Below are positions 18,727-28,908 of a stretch of 62,686 nt of DNA, piece by piece. The position numbers and the translations under genes are program-made. The notes under the pieces are model-generated. The model made no database searches and was not told the DNA's origin. It saw nothing but the letters and a program-made list of their open reading frames with translations. The stretch's first letter is position 1. Each line of letters begins with the position of its first letter. The stretch comes from Gammaproteobacteria bacterium (lineage in GTDB: Bacteria > Pseudomonadota > Gammaproteobacteria > JBBQDK01): assembly GCA_038319625.1 (NCBI GenBank), contig JBBQDK010000001.1, positions 1 to 62,686 of the forward strand, written 5' to 3'.

Positions 18727-19274
18727 GCCGCTTTGGCGACCGGGCCCACCACCAACATTTTATTGATCTTGCGGTATCGACAGTCTGCGCTGAACGCCTG
18801 CACTTCGGACTGTTTTTCCTTTCGCGCGATATTATCTCGCCGCGTCTTGCGCGAGTTATCTTGACGTAAAACTAACATTGAAGATCACTGACTGATACTT
18901 TGTGGTCATCGCGATGTGTTGTCCTGCTTCAGCTGGATCGTTTTTCGCTACGCAACAAGTTAAAACAATGTGTATTTCACCCTAGAAAACAAGGCATATT
19001 TATAACTTTGCTCAGCAGTAATTCAACACCTGTTCCGGACAAAAATAACGTAAAACTAACAGTTACATCCACTAATAAAATTATTCTGTATTTCTTGCGG
19101 TGGTTTGACATTCATCAATATTACTTTTGTATCACCACGCAACAATCTGTTGCAGATTTGCATCGCCTGCTGGAAGCCATTCATCAAACCGGCAACATAA
19201 TACGAACAGGCGAAGGGTCGACAGCCCTGAAGGCAATCAGTTTTCAATAGTCAACACTGCGGAGGAATATTGTC

Positions 19275-20594
19275 ATGTCACTCACCACCCACTTCAAAAC
19301 CACACTCGGCGCCGGCGCCTGTCTGTTGGCAAGCCTGGCGCTCACACCACAAGTCAGTCAGGCGGTGCCGAGCTTTGCACGCCAGACCGGCCTGCCCTGT
19401 TCCAGCTGCCATTCCATCTTTCCGGAACTGACCGCATTCGGTCGCGACTTCAAGATGAATGGCTATACCATGACCGGCCTGAAACAGATCGAGCAGAAGT
19501 CGGAAGGTGAAATGGGGGGCGTCAAGATCAACGAGATCCCGCCGCTGTCGGCGATGCTGCAAGTGTCGGCCACCCACACCAGCAAGACCGTGGCCGGTAC
19601 ACAGAACAATAACGTCGAGTTTCCACACCAGTTCAGTTTCTTCTTCGCCGGTGAAATTTCACCGCACATGGGGTCGTTTATCCAGCTCACCTGGGCCCAG
19701 GATAGTCAGCACTTTGCCTTGGACAATACCGACATCCGTTATGCCAACCATACCCAAATCGGTGGCGCGGACACCATTTACGGATTGACGCTGAACAATA
19801 ACCCGACCGTCGAAGACGTCTGGAATAGCACCCCGGCCTGGGGTTTCCCGTGGTCCGGTCCTGCCTCGGCGCCAACACCGGCGGCCGATGCACTGATCAA
19901 CGGCTTGGGCGGCGATGTCGCGGGGGTAGGCGGCTATACCTTCTGGAATAACCACCTCTATGCCGGCGTCAGCCTCTATCGCTCGGCGCACGCCGGCCAG
20001 TTGGCGCCCGACCCTACCAGCCTCATGACCATTGACGGAGTGGCCCCCTATTGGAGACTGGCCTGGGAGCAGGCCTTCGGTGGCGGCACACTGGAAGTCG
20101 GCACCTATGGCATGGCCACAAAGCTGTATCCCGGTGATGGCACGAGTACTGGCGTCTCAGGTCCTACCGACAAGTACACAGATACCGGGCTTGACCTACA
20201 GTACGAACTCCCGGTGGCACCGGATGACTTGCTGACGATACACAGCAGCTATATGCACGAGAAGCAGAACCTCGATGCAACCTATGCAGCATCCAGCTCC
20301 GACAATACCAGCAATACACTGAAAACCTTCAAGCTGGACGGCACCTACCATTCCGGTAACGATGCCAGCTTCACACTGGGCTACTTCAATACCACCGGCA
20401 GCACCGACGTAACCTACTACGGCACGACCAATGGCAAGCCGGACAGCAACGGCGAAATCGTCCAGGCCAATTACCTGCCCTGGCAGAACACCAAGCTGTC
20501 AATTCAATATACCGCTTACAACAAGTTCGACGGCACCAGCAACAACGCGGGTGACAACAATACGTTGTTCCTACAAACCTGGTTCATGTGGTAA
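19275..20594 (+). CDS. Cyc2-like fused monoheme cytochrome c / outer-membrane beta-barrel porin (candidate)
   Basis: It has a GGAGGA RBS and a signal peptide. A single CxxCH (C42-H46, nt 19398-19412) lies within VPSFARQTGLPCSSCH. The remaining roughly 390 aa are rich in alternating aromatic/Gly/Asn/Thr strands and end ...LFLQTWFMW, a terminal aromatic typical of OM barrels. Confidence 0.55.
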   Translation: MSLTTHFKTTLGAGACLLASLALTPQVSQAVPSFARQTGLPCSSCHSIFPELTAFGRDFKMNGYTMTGLKQIEQKSEGEMGGVKINEIPPLSAMLQVSATHTSKTVAGTQNNNVEFPHQFSFFFAGEISPHMGSFIQLTWAQDSQHFALDNTDIRYANHTQIGGADTIYGLTLNNNPTVEDVWNSTPAWGFPWSGPASAPTPAADALINGLGGDVAGVGGYTFWNNHLYAGVSLYRSAHAGQLAPDPTSLMTIDGVAPYWRLAWEQAFGGGTLEVGTYGMATKLYPGDGTSTGVSGPTDKYTDTGLDLQYELPVAPDDLLTIHSSYMHEKQNLDATYAASSSDNTSNTLKTFKLDGTYHSGNDASFTLGYFNTTGSTDVTYYGTTNGKPDSNGEIVQANYLPWQNTKLSIQYTAYNKFDGTSNNAGDNNTLFLQTWFMW

Positions 20595-20600
20595 ACCCTG

Positions 20601-20635
20601 TGTGGCGGCCGGAGCGTCCTGTTCCGGCCGCCACA
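20601..20635 (+). terminator. Strong hairpin after the cyc2-like gene (terminator or attenuator-like)
   Basis: A perfect 13-bp stem (tgtggcggccgga/tccggccgccaca) has a 9-nt loop and is followed by tcttcaatt, which is only a weak U-tract. Confidence 0.45.
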
Positions 20636-20677
20636 TCTTCAATTCCAGCAACGGTATTCCCATCAGAGGACAGCCAT

Positions 20678-21193
20678 TTGAAACCTTTAAAACGTACGCT
20701 GATTCGCGGCGTACTCGTCTCTTGCTTGTTTTCCGGTGCCATGTCCGCAGCGGCAGACAATCTGCCACTGGCACAGCAAGTGGAACAATTGCGCCACGAG
20801 GTTCAGGCGCTGCAAGCACGAGTACAGCAACTCGAACAGCAACAACATACCGGTGCAGTCGCCGCACCCGTCGCTGCGGCAGCACCCGCTGCCACGACAA
20901 GTACATCACCCGGCGCGACGACCGCACAGCCAGCATCTGCAGCACCGTCGACCTCACTGGAACCCGCCCTGCAGACTATCGGGCGACTCAAGGAGGCGTG
21001 GAAGGGCATCGACTCCGGCATGAGCGAAGCGCAAGTCCGTGACCGGCTTGGAACACCGGGGCGCATCTTCACGATCTCCGGCAAAACTGTCTGGTATTAC
21101 AGTTACGAAGGCGTGGGCAGCGGTTCGGTTGCCTTCTCGGCCAATAGCAAGAAGGTCGTCGATTGGCAGAATCCGCCCTTCGGCTTCTGGTAA
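20678..21193 (+). CDS. Exported coiled-coil protein with BamE/SmpA-OmlA-like C-terminal domain
   Basis: A TTG start at 20678 is preceded by AGAGGA. It has a signal peptide (MKPLKRTLIRGVLVSCLFSGAMSAA), a Q/L-rich coiled coil and an Ala/Pro/Thr linker. The C-terminus GMSEAQVRDRLGTPGRIFTISGKTVWYYSY resembles the BamE fold signature. Confidence 0.55.
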   Translation: MKPLKRTLIRGVLVSCLFSGAMSAAADNLPLAQQVEQLRHEVQALQARVQQLEQQQHTGAVAAPVAAAAPAATTSTSPGATTAQPASAAPSTSLEPALQTIGRLKEAWKGIDSGMSEAQVRDRLGTPGRIFTISGKTVWYYSYEGVGSGSVAFSANSKKVVDWQNPPFGFW

Positions 21194-21219
21194 CCGCACC
21201 CGGCAGGACGGAGGAAACC

Positions 21220-21786
21220 TTGGAAATCAGTCTGCGTGACCTGCTCACGGTCATTCACGGCATGGGCTTCGGTGCCTTGTTCATGCTGGTGTTTTCCGGT
21301 GCCATCGGGGAACTGCACGGCGCATGGTCCGCCACACCTCAGGCGGCGCCGAGTCCCAGGGGACGGATGATGCTGCGGGTGTATCTGGTCGGTATGGTGG
21401 CATTGGCCTGGCTCACGGTTCTCTCCGGCGCCTACATTGTCTACCCCTGGTACCGCGCCGTACCGCCGGCGGGCGTGGTCGATCTTGCCGCCTTTCCACG
21501 CAGCCTGCTCTTGTCCAGCCCGCATACCAGCGGCTGGCATAGCATTGGAATGGAATGGAAGGAGCACATCGCCTGGTTTGCGCCCATCGTGATGACGATG
21601 GTGGCATATGTTTACTGGACCTACGGTCGAAGCATGAACAAGCATCGAGTTATGCGGGCCACGGTGCTGGGCTTCACGGCGGCCGCCTTCATCGCCACCG
21701 GCGTGGCGGGCGCCTTTGGCGTGTTCCTCAACAAGTACGCACCGGTGCGTGGTGGCGAGACAATCCAACTGATGAAGGCGGAGTGA
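21220..21786 (+). CDS. Integral membrane protein (about 4 TM), unknown function
   Basis: A TTG start at 21220 lies 6 nt after GGAGGA. Four hydrophobic segments are visible, and a His-rich loop (SPHTSGWHSIGMEWKEH) is present. I recognised no family. Confidence 0.5.
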   Translation: MEISLRDLLTVIHGMGFGALFMLVFSGAIGELHGAWSATPQAAPSPRGRMMLRVYLVGMVALAWLTVLSGAYIVYPWYRAVPPAGVVDLAAFPRSLLLSSPHTSGWHSIGMEWKEHIAWFAPIVMTMVAYVYWTYGRSMNKHRVMRATVLGFTAAAFIATGVAGAFGVFLNKYAPVRGGETIQLMKAE

Positions 21787-22139
21787 TGATGGCCGGCAGT
21801 GATACTTCTTCAACCATCGGAGAGCTTCCCAATGGCAAAGGCATGGCGGCGATACTCGCCGCCGCCATCGGCTGCGTCGCACTGAGCGTGTTCGCTTTTC
21901 TGGGCGATGCAGTCAAGAGTATCGGCGCGATCTTCAGCTTCTATCATCCCACCGGTGCGCTTTCAGGCGTTACAGACACCGCCATCATCGTCTGGCTCGT
22001 CAGCTGGTATGTGCTGGCCAAGCGATGGGGAAAACGTGATGTGGCAGTGGGCCGGGTCAGCATCATCGCCTTCATGTTGCTGGTGGCTGGTCTCTTGCTC
22101 ACATTTCCGCCGTTCATGGATTTGCTGCAGGGCAAGTAA
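21786..22139 (+). CDS. Small integral membrane protein (about 3 TM), unknown function
   Basis: The ATG at 21786 overlaps the previous stop (TGATG), which suggests translational coupling. Hydrophobic segments are visible. I recognised no family. Confidence 0.5.
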   Translation: MMAGSDTSSTIGELPNGKGMAAILAAAIGCVALSVFAFLGDAVKSIGAIFSFYHPTGALSGVTDTAIIVWLVSWYVLAKRWGKRDVAVGRVSIIAFMLLVAGLLLTFPPFMDLLQGK

Positions 22140-22232
22140 TGTCCCGGGGCCGCGACCGGTCCATTCGCACCTGGATTCGCGGTCTCTTGATCTTTTCCGC
22201 GCGACCAACAGTTCCATTGCGGGGATTACTCA

Positions 22233-23717
22233 ATGCCCATCGACCGTCGTGAATTTCTGAAGCTCGGAGGACTGGCCGCTCTGGCCGGCGGCATACCGGA
22301 TCTGCTGCGCGTGACGCCGGCACAAGCCACCAGCATGCTGCCCATCGCCGACGGCAAGGCCGATCATACGCTGCGCATATCACGCAGCCTGGTCGAACTG
22401 GCACCCGATCACATCGTCTCAACCACCGTCTTCAACGGTCAGTTTCCGGGTCCACTGCTGCGCTTCAAGGAAGGCGAGCGGGTTGTCGTCGATATACGCA
22501 ACGACACCGACATTCCGGAGCAATTGCATTGGCACGGCCAATTCCTGCCTGTCGATGTGGATGGCGCCGCCGAGGAAGGCACGCCGTATATTCCGGCCCG
22601 TGGCATGCGCCGCATCGCCTTCACCCCCGGGCCGGCGGGCTTTCGTTTTTACCACACGCATCTGGTCGCCGGCGACAACCTCAGCATGGGGCAGTACAGC
22701 GGCCTGGTAGGTCCCGTTTATATTGAACCGAAATACGAACCGGGCGCCTACGATCGCGAAGCGTTTCTCACCCTCAAGGAATTCGATCCGTTCTTCAGCA
22801 AGGGCGGCGACATGGCAATGGATTTCCTGAGTCCTGCCGATCGTGACCGCACGCTGGAAGAGCGCGGCGAGACCGCAATGCAGGACTCGCTGGCTCATGG
22901 CCAGCCGCACGGCTACGAGGTCGGCTATCAGACATTTGCAATCAACGGCCGCATGCTCGGTCACGGCGAGCCGATCCGGGTAAAGACCGGTGAGCGTGTG
23001 TTATTCCACGTGCTGAACAGCAGTGCCACCGAGATCCGCAGCCTCGCCTTGCCCGGCCACACATTCAAGGTAGTGGCATTGGATGGCAACCCGGTCCCGC
23101 ATCCGGTTGAAGTACCCGTGCTGTGGATCGGCACGGCCGAACGAGTCAGCGCCATTGTCGAGATGACGCATCCCGGCGTCTGGATACTGGGCGACCTGGC
23201 CGATGACGATCGCGAACGCGGCATGGGGATCGTGATCGAATACGCAGGTCATGGCGGCAAGCCCGTATGGGCGACCCCCAAGCCGTTCCAGTGGGACTAC
23301 CGACGCTTCGCGTTGGCCAACACGCACCCGGAACCACCGAATGAAGTGATCGAAATGCGCTTCGCCAAGCACAATGCCGCCCGGCGCGGGTTCAATTTAT
23401 GGACCATCAACGATGTTGCCTTCGACATGGCGAATATGAAACCGATGTTTCATCTGCAGCGCGGTAAACGTTATCGCCTGCGCATGCACAACACCAGCGA
23501 CGACATCCACCCGATACACCTGCACCGCCACAGTTTCGAGATCACCCGCATCGCCGGACAACCGACCGGTGGCGTAATCAAGGATGTGGCCATGCTGGGC
23601 GGCTATCAGACCATGGAAGTCGATTTCACCGCCACCCAGCCAGGCCTGTCGCTGTTCCACTGTCATATGCAGCTGCACATGGATTTCGGCTTCATGACGC
23701 TGTTCGCCTGTGCATGA
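22233..23717 (+). CDS. Tat-exported multicopper oxidase
   Basis: It has the twin-arginine signal MPIDRREFLKLGG. The copper-site motifs are HWHG, FYHTH, HPIHLHRH and HCHMQLHMDFGFM. Confidence 0.85.
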   Translation: MPIDRREFLKLGGLAALAGGIPDLLRVTPAQATSMLPIADGKADHTLRISRSLVELAPDHIVSTTVFNGQFPGPLLRFKEGERVVVDIRNDTDIPEQLHWHGQFLPVDVDGAAEEGTPYIPARGMRRIAFTPGPAGFRFYHTHLVAGDNLSMGQYSGLVGPVYIEPKYEPGAYDREAFLTLKEFDPFFSKGGDMAMDFLSPADRDRTLEERGETAMQDSLAHGQPHGYEVGYQTFAINGRMLGHGEPIRVKTGERVLFHVLNSSATEIRSLALPGHTFKVVALDGNPVPHPVEVPVLWIGTAERVSAIVEMTHPGVWILGDLADDDRERGMGIVIEYAGHGGKPVWATPKPFQWDYRRFALANTHPEPPNEVIEMRFAKHNAARRGFNLWTINDVAFDMANMKPMFHLQRGKRYRLRMHNTSDDIHPIHLHRHSFEITRIAGQPTGGVIKDVAMLGGYQTMEVDFTATQPGLSLFHCHMQLHMDFGFMTLFACA

Positions 23718-23826
23718 AGTCCAACCACTCCGATACACCATCGACATGACGGGATTCCACGTCATGCCCGGTATTTCGCAACACCTGTCCAATCCGTGCG
23801 GCGATGACGGCGCTATCACCAGGGTG

Positions 23827-26232
23827 TCAGCGAATCTCGGATGACGGTAGGGCAGCTGCCGCTTCGCGCGCGAGGTAGAGCCAGGTCTCGACCACGGAAT
23901 CGGGATTCAGCGACAGACTTTGAATGCCCTCTTCCATCAGCCATTTCGCCAGATCGGGGTGATCTGACGGACCCTGTCCGCAAATACCGATATACTTGCC
24001 CGCCTTGCGGCAGGCCTGGATTGCCAGGTGCAACATGTATTTCACCGCCGGGTCGCGCTCGTCAAAGCCCTCCGCAATCAGACCCGAGTCACGATCCAGC
24101 GCCAGCGTCATCTGGGTCATGTCGTTGGAACCGATCGAGAAGCCGTCGAAATGTTCAAGGAACTGCTCCGCCAGCACGGCATTGGACGGGATCTCGCACA
24201 TCATGATGATGCGCAAACCATTCTCGCCGCGCTTGAGACCGTTCCTGACCAACAGATCGATTACCTGTTCGGCTTCCTTGAGCGTGCGGACGAAGGGAAT
24301 CATGATCTCGACATTGGTCAGACCCATGTCATCACGCACCTTCCTGAGTGCGCGGCATTCCAGCTCGAAGCAATCGCGAAAACTCGCGGCGATGTAGCGA
24401 GCCGCGCCACGGAAACCGAGCATCGGATTCTCTTCATGCGGTTCGTACGTATTGCCGCCGGTGAGGCTGGAATACTCATTCGATTTGAAATCCGACAAGC
24501 GCACGATGACCGGCTTGGGCCAGAACGCCGCGCCCAGCATGGAAACGCCTTCGACCAGTTTCTCGACATAGAAGCTCACCGGATCGGCATAACCGGCGGC
24601 ATGCTGCTCAACAGCCAGTTTCAGATCGGCCGGCAAATCGGGATAGGCGAGTACCGCGCGGGGATGCACGCCGATCATGCGCGCGATGATGAATTCGAGC
24701 CGCGCCAGACCGATGCCGTCGTTGGGCAGGCGGCGAAACTCGAAAGCCAGTTCGGGATTGCCGACGTTCATGGTGATCTTGAGCGGGGCCTTGGGCATTG
24801 CATCGAGCGACAGGTCGATGACCTCGGTCTCCAGAATGCCGCGGTAGACGTTTCCGGTATCTCCTTCCGCGCACGATACGGTCACCGGCTTGCCGTCTTT
24901 CAATACCTGTGTGGCATCACCGCAACCGACGACCGCCGGGATGCCGAGTTCGCGCGCGATGATCGCGGCATGGCAGGTGCGGCCGCCGCGATTGGTGACG
25001 ATGGCCGAGGCGAGTTTCATCACCGGTTCCCAGTCGGGATCGGTCATATCAGTGACGAGCACGTCACCCGCCTTCACTCTATCCATTTCGGCGACGCTTT
25101 TGACCAGCCGCACATTGCCGCTGCCGATACGCTGCCCGATCGCGCGTCCGGAGATCAACACATCGGAGCGCTGCTTGAGGCGATAGCGGCGCATGACATC
25201 GAGCCCCTCGCCGGCCTTCACAGTTTCCGGCCGTGCCTGCAGGATATACAGTTTGCCATCAATACCGTCACGACCCCACTCAATGTCCATCGGGCGCTGA
25301 TAGTGCCGCTCGACGATCAAAGCGTAGCGCGCCAGTTCCTCGACCTCGGCATCGTTGATGGAGAAGCGGCGTCGCTCGGCCTCCTGCACATCGACGATCT
25401 GCACCGAACGGCCCGCCATCGTCTCGCCGGTAAAGGTCATCTTGATGGCTTTCGAGCCGAGGTTGCGGCGCAGGATGGCGTTCTTGCCCTGCGCGAGCGC
25501 CGGCTTGTAGACATAAAACTCATCGGGGTTGACCTGCCCCTGCACGACGGTTTCGCCGAGTCCGTAGGCGGCGGTGATGAACACCACCTGATCGAATCCC
25601 GATTCGGTATCGAGCGTAAACAGCACGCCACTCGCGCCGATATCGCTGCGCACCATGCGCTGGATGCCGGCGGACAGCGCCACATCGGCGTGCACGAAAC
25701 CTTTGTGAACACGATAGGAAATCGCCCGGTCGTTGTACAGCGAGGCGAATACCTGCCTGACCGCCGTCAGCAGATTGTCGAAACCGTGAATATTGAGATA
25801 AGTCTCCTGCTGTCCCGCGAAGGAGGCGTCAGGCAGATCTTCGGCCGTCGCGGATGAGCGCACCGCAACCGACAGGTCACCGCTTGCGCCTTGCTGCAGT
25901 TGTCGATACGCCACGTCGAGATCGCGCTCGAGCTTTGCGGGCAGTGGCTGCGCCAGGATCCAATCACGGATCCGCGCGCCGGTAGCGGCCAGGGCGGTTA
26001 CGTCGCTGACATCGAGCGCGGTCAATGCGTCCCGGATGCGCTGTTCCAGGCCGTCCTGCGCCAGGAAATCCCGATAGGCCTGCGCCGTGGTAGCGAAACC
26101 GCTCGGCACACGCACGCCGGCGGCGGCGAGCGTGCCGATCATCTCACCCAGCGAAGCGTTCTTGCCTCCGACACGACCGACATCGGTCATGCGCAGGTTT
26201 TCGAAACCGACTATGTATTCATTGTTGTTCAC
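23827..26232 (-). CDS. ppsA: Phosphoenolpyruvate synthase
   Basis: It is PpsA-like throughout ([11 protein letters not shown], the [18 protein letters not shown] phospho-His region, and a C-terminal PEP-utilising domain). The GTG at 26232 is preferred as the start, and the ORF-track start at 26283 remains possible. Confidence 0.95.
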   Translation of the reverse strand: MNNNEYIVGFENLRMTDVGRVGGKNASLGEMIGTLAAAGVRVPSGFATTAQAYRDFLAQDGLEQRIRDALTALDVSDVTALAATGARIRDWILAQPLPAKLERDLDVAYRQLQQGASGDLSVAVRSSATAEDLPDASFAGQQETYLNIHGFDNLLTAVRQVFASLYNDRAISYRVHKGFVHADVALSAGIQRMVRSDIGASGVLFTLDTESGFDQVVFITAAYGLGETVVQGQVNPDEFYVYKPALAQGKNAILRRNLGSKAIKMTFTGETMAGRSVQIVDVQEAERRRFSINDAEVEELARYALIVERHYQRPMDIEWGRDGIDGKLYILQARPETVKAGEGLDVMRRYRLKQRSDVLISGRAIGQRIGSGNVRLVKSVAEMDRVKAGDVLVTDMTDPDWEPVMKLASAIVTNRGGRTCHAAIIARELGIPAVVGCGDATQVLKDGKPVTVSCAEGDTGNVYRGILETEVIDLSLDAMPKAPLKITMNVGNPELAFEFRRLPNDGIGLARLEFIIARMIGVHPRAVLAYPDLPADLKLAVEQHAAGYADPVSFYVEKLVEGVSMLGAAFWPKPVIVRLSDFKSNEYSSLTGGNTYEPHEENPMLGFRGAARYIAASFRDCFELECRALRKVRDDMGLTNVEIMIPFVRTLKEAEQVIDLLVRNGLKRGENGLRIIMMCEIPSNAVLAEQFLEHFDGFSIGSNDMTQMTLALDRDSGLIAEGFDERDPAVKYMLHLAIQACRKAGKYIGICGQGPSDHPDLAKWLMEEGIQSLSLNPDSVVETWLYLAREAAAALPSSEIR

Positions 26233-26308
26233 GGTATCCCCGTCGATTGTGCAAAGCTCGAAAAGCCGATATGTTACCGACAACCCTCAGCCGATACGGT
26301 TCAGCGCC

Positions 26309-27136
26309 ATGATGCCGGAAAAGCGTACCGCGTTCTTCATCTCCGACCGCACCGGCATCACCGCCGAGATGCTCGGCCACAGTCTGCTGACACAGTTCGG
26401 CAAGGTCGCTTTCAATGAAGTCACCCTGCCCTATGTCGATACGACCGAGAAGGCGCAGGCCACTGTGGCGCAAATCAATCGGCAGGCCGCTACCGACGGC
26501 GTGCGGCCACTGCTGTTCAGCACACTGGTCAATCCGCAACTGTCCGCAATAGTCGCCAGCGCCGATGCCTTGTTTCTCGATTGTTTCGGAATCTTCATCC
26601 TACCACTGGAAAAAGAACTCGGCCTGTCCGCGTCGCAGTCGGTGGGCATGTCGCACAGCGCCAAGGACAGCATCGATTACCATCACCGTATCGATGCGGT
26701 GAATTATGCGCTGAGCCATGACGACGGCGAATCGACGCAGGTCCTGACGGAAGCCGACGTCATCCTGGTCGGCGTTTCGCGCTGCGGCAAGACGCCGACC
26801 TGCCTGTATCTGGCCATGCAGTTCGGTATCCGCGCGGCGAACTACCCACTGGTTCCGGAAGATTTTCACAGCATGCATCTGCCCGATCAGCTCAAACAAC
26901 TGCGCAAGCGACTTTACGGACTGACCATCAAGCCCGCGCGCCTGCATCAGATCCGCACTGAACGGCGCCCCGGCAGCAACTATGCGACGCTCGCCAATTG
27001 CGAACACGAGGTGCGTGAGGCCGAGGCGCTGATGCGCCAGGAAGGTATCCCCTATCTCGACGCCACCAGCAAATCGGTCGAAGAACTGGCCACCACCATT
27101 CTGCACGACGCCAAGCTCATCCGGCGTGTTTACTGA
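26309..27136 (+). CDS. ppsR: PEP synthase regulatory protein (bifunctional kinase/pyrophosphorylase, DUF299)
   Basis: The N-terminus [20 protein letters not shown] and the P-loop GVSRCGKTP match PpsR. The gene is divergent from ppsA. Confidence 0.9.
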   Translation: MMPEKRTAFFISDRTGITAEMLGHSLLTQFGKVAFNEVTLPYVDTTEKAQATVAQINRQAATDGVRPLLFSTLVNPQLSAIVASADALFLDCFGIFILPLEKELGLSASQSVGMSHSAKDSIDYHHRIDAVNYALSHDDGESTQVLTEADVILVGVSRCGKTPTCLYLAMQFGIRAANYPLVPEDFHSMHLPDQLKQLRKRLYGLTIKPARLHQIRTERRPGSNYATLANCEHEVREAEALMRQEGIPYLDATSKSVEELATTILHDAKLIRRVY

Positions 27137-27160
27137 CCACGGATTTCAGTGACACCTTAC

Positions 27161-27365
27161 TCAGAAGTTGCTGATTTTAAGTATAGGCGACATCAGGGGC
27201 CTGTGGGAAAATGAGCAGGCAAGTTGAGGAAGTTGCTGAAGCTTTACGAGTTACTGCGCAATGCGCTCATGCAATTTCTCACCCTGGTACAAAGGCCGAC
27301 GAGCAACGCCGGTACGTTTGACATGGTTCCAGACCAGTTCATCGGGATTCAAGACTGTCGGAGAT
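27161..27365 (-). pseudogene. C-terminal relic of an IS630-family transposase
   Basis: The minus-strand translation gives NPDELVWNHVKRTGVARRPLYQGEKLHERIAQ*LVKLQQLPQLACSF.... This resembles the conserved IS630 C-terminus (SPELNPDExVWxxxK...). Only about 65 codons remain, with an internal stop. Confidence 0.5.
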
Positions 27366-27380
27366 TTTTTGTCCAGCGCC

Positions 27381-28886
27381 TCAGACACCGCGATCCAGCT
27401 TCCGATATGCGATCGCCTCGCTCAGGTGTGGCAGCATGATCCGTTCCGCCGCATCGAGATCCGCAATCGTGCGTGCCACTTTCAGAATGCGATGATAAGC
27501 TCGCGCCGAGAGCCGCAATTTTTCGACCGCGCGCTCCAGCAAGCGCTGATTATCATCCGTCAATGCGCAATCACGCTCCACCTCGTGCGGATCCAGCATG
27601 GCATTGGCCTTGCCAGCACGTGTCAGTTGCCGTTCGCGCGCCGCGCACACGCGGGCGCGGACACTGGCGCTGTCTTCATTGCTAGTCTGCGGCCGGCCTA
27701 ACAGCCCCGACAGCAGACGTGGCACTTCGATGTGCAGATCGATGCGATCCAGCAGCGGCCCGGAGATGCGCGCGCGGTAGCGCTGCACTTGCTCCACGGT
27801 ACAGCGGCAACGTCCCCCCGCATCGCCCAGATAACCGCAAGGACAGGGATTCATCGCAGCGACCAATTGCAGGCGTGCCGGAAATTCCGCCTGCCGCGCG
27901 GCGCGCGATATAGTTACCCGGCCCGATTCGAGCGGTTCACGCAGCACCTCGAGGACACGCCGGTCGAATTCCGGCAGCTCATCGAGGAACAACACGCCGT
28001 AATGCGCCAGCGATACTTCACCGGGTCGCGGCTCCGAACCACCGCCGACCAGGGCGACACCTGAAGCGGTGTGGTGTGGCGCGCGAAACGGGCGGCGACG
28101 CCAGTGCACAGGCGAGAAGCCCTGATGACTGATCGACAGTAGCGCCGCACTCTCCAAAGCCTCGGTCTCGGTCATCGGCGGAAGAATGCCGGGCAAGCGT
28201 GTTGCCAGCAAGGTCTTGCCGGAGCCAGGCGGGCCGAGCATCAGCAAACTGTGCGCGCCGGCTGCAGCCACTTCCAGAGCACGCCGCGCCTGCGCCTGAC
28301 CGCGCACATCGGCCATGTCGGGCAATTCCGGCATAACGTCTGACGGGAATGTTGCCAGTTGTGGCGTCAGTACTGTCGAGCCCTGTAAATGCGCACATAC
28401 CTCCAGCAGATGCCCGACACCATATACCGTGACCCCGGAGACCAGCGCCGCTTCATCGACATTGGCACTCGCTAGAACCAGCGCGCGTCCTGCATCACGC
28501 GCCGCCAGCGCCGCCGGCAGCACGCCGCGTCCGGGCCGCAAGGTCCCGTCCAGCCCCAGTTCGGCGAGGAATTCGCATGCAGCGAGCGCGGTGCGCGGCA
28601 CCTGACCGGACGCGGCCAGAATACCTAAGGCGATTGGCAGGTCGAAGCGTCCCCCTTCCTTAGGCAGATCGGCGGGCGCGAGGTTGACGGTGATGCGGCG
28701 GACGGGAAATTCGAAGTGACTGTTGAGCAGCGCGGCGCGCACGCGGTCCTTGCTTTCCTTCACTGCCGTTTCCGGGAGTCCGACGATGGACATCCCCGGC
28801 AGTCCGCCTGACAGATGCACTTCGACACTGACTAGGGGTGCCGACAATCCGACCAGGGCACGGCTGTAGACCACGGCGAGCGACAT
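27381..28886 (-). CDS. comM: YifB/ComM-family Mg-chelatase-like AAA+ ATPase
   Basis: It has a Lon-protease-like N-terminal domain, Walker A GPPGSGKT, an MCM-like AAA core and the family-typical C-terminus (RAYHRILKVARTIADLD). Confidence 0.9.
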   Translation of the reverse strand: MSLAVVYSRALVGLSAPLVSVEVHLSGGLPGMSIVGLPETAVKESKDRVRAALLNSHFEFPVRRITVNLAPADLPKEGGRFDLPIALGILAASGQVPRTALAACEFLAELGLDGTLRPGRGVLPAALAARDAGRALVLASANVDEAALVSGVTVYGVGHLLEVCAHLQGSTVLTPQLATFPSDVMPELPDMADVRGQAQARRALEVAAAGAHSLLMLGPPGSGKTLLATRLPGILPPMTETEALESAALLSISHQGFSPVHWRRRPFRAPHHTASGVALVGGGSEPRPGEVSLAHYGVLFLDELPEFDRRVLEVLREPLESGRVTISRAARQAEFPARLQLVAAMNPCPCGYLGDAGGRCRCTVEQVQRYRARISGPLLDRIDLHIEVPRLLSGLLGRPQTSNEDSASVRARVCAARERQLTRAGKANAMLDPHEVERDCALTDDNQRLLERAVEKLRLSARAYHRILKVARTIADLDAAERIMLPHLSEAIAYRKLDRGV

Positions 28887-28908
28887 AGGAATCCATTCCT
28901 TAAAATTC

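Noticed and set aside
18900-19250. A 116-aa ORF in the AT-rich region upstream of the cyc2-like gene.
   Set aside because: It has low-complexity, AT-driven codon content, no RBS and no family resemblance. This is probably promoter or regulatory DNA.
21103-21882. A 259-aa minus-strand ORF opposite the membrane-protein genes.
   Set aside because: It is Arg/His/Gly-rich and antisense to a plus-strand gene series that has RBSs and coupling, so it is probably not coding.
24028-25857. A 609-aa plus-strand ORF antisense to ppsA.
   Set aside because: It is a mirror-frame artefact of a long high-GC gene with no family features, and ppsA on the opposite strand is unambiguous.
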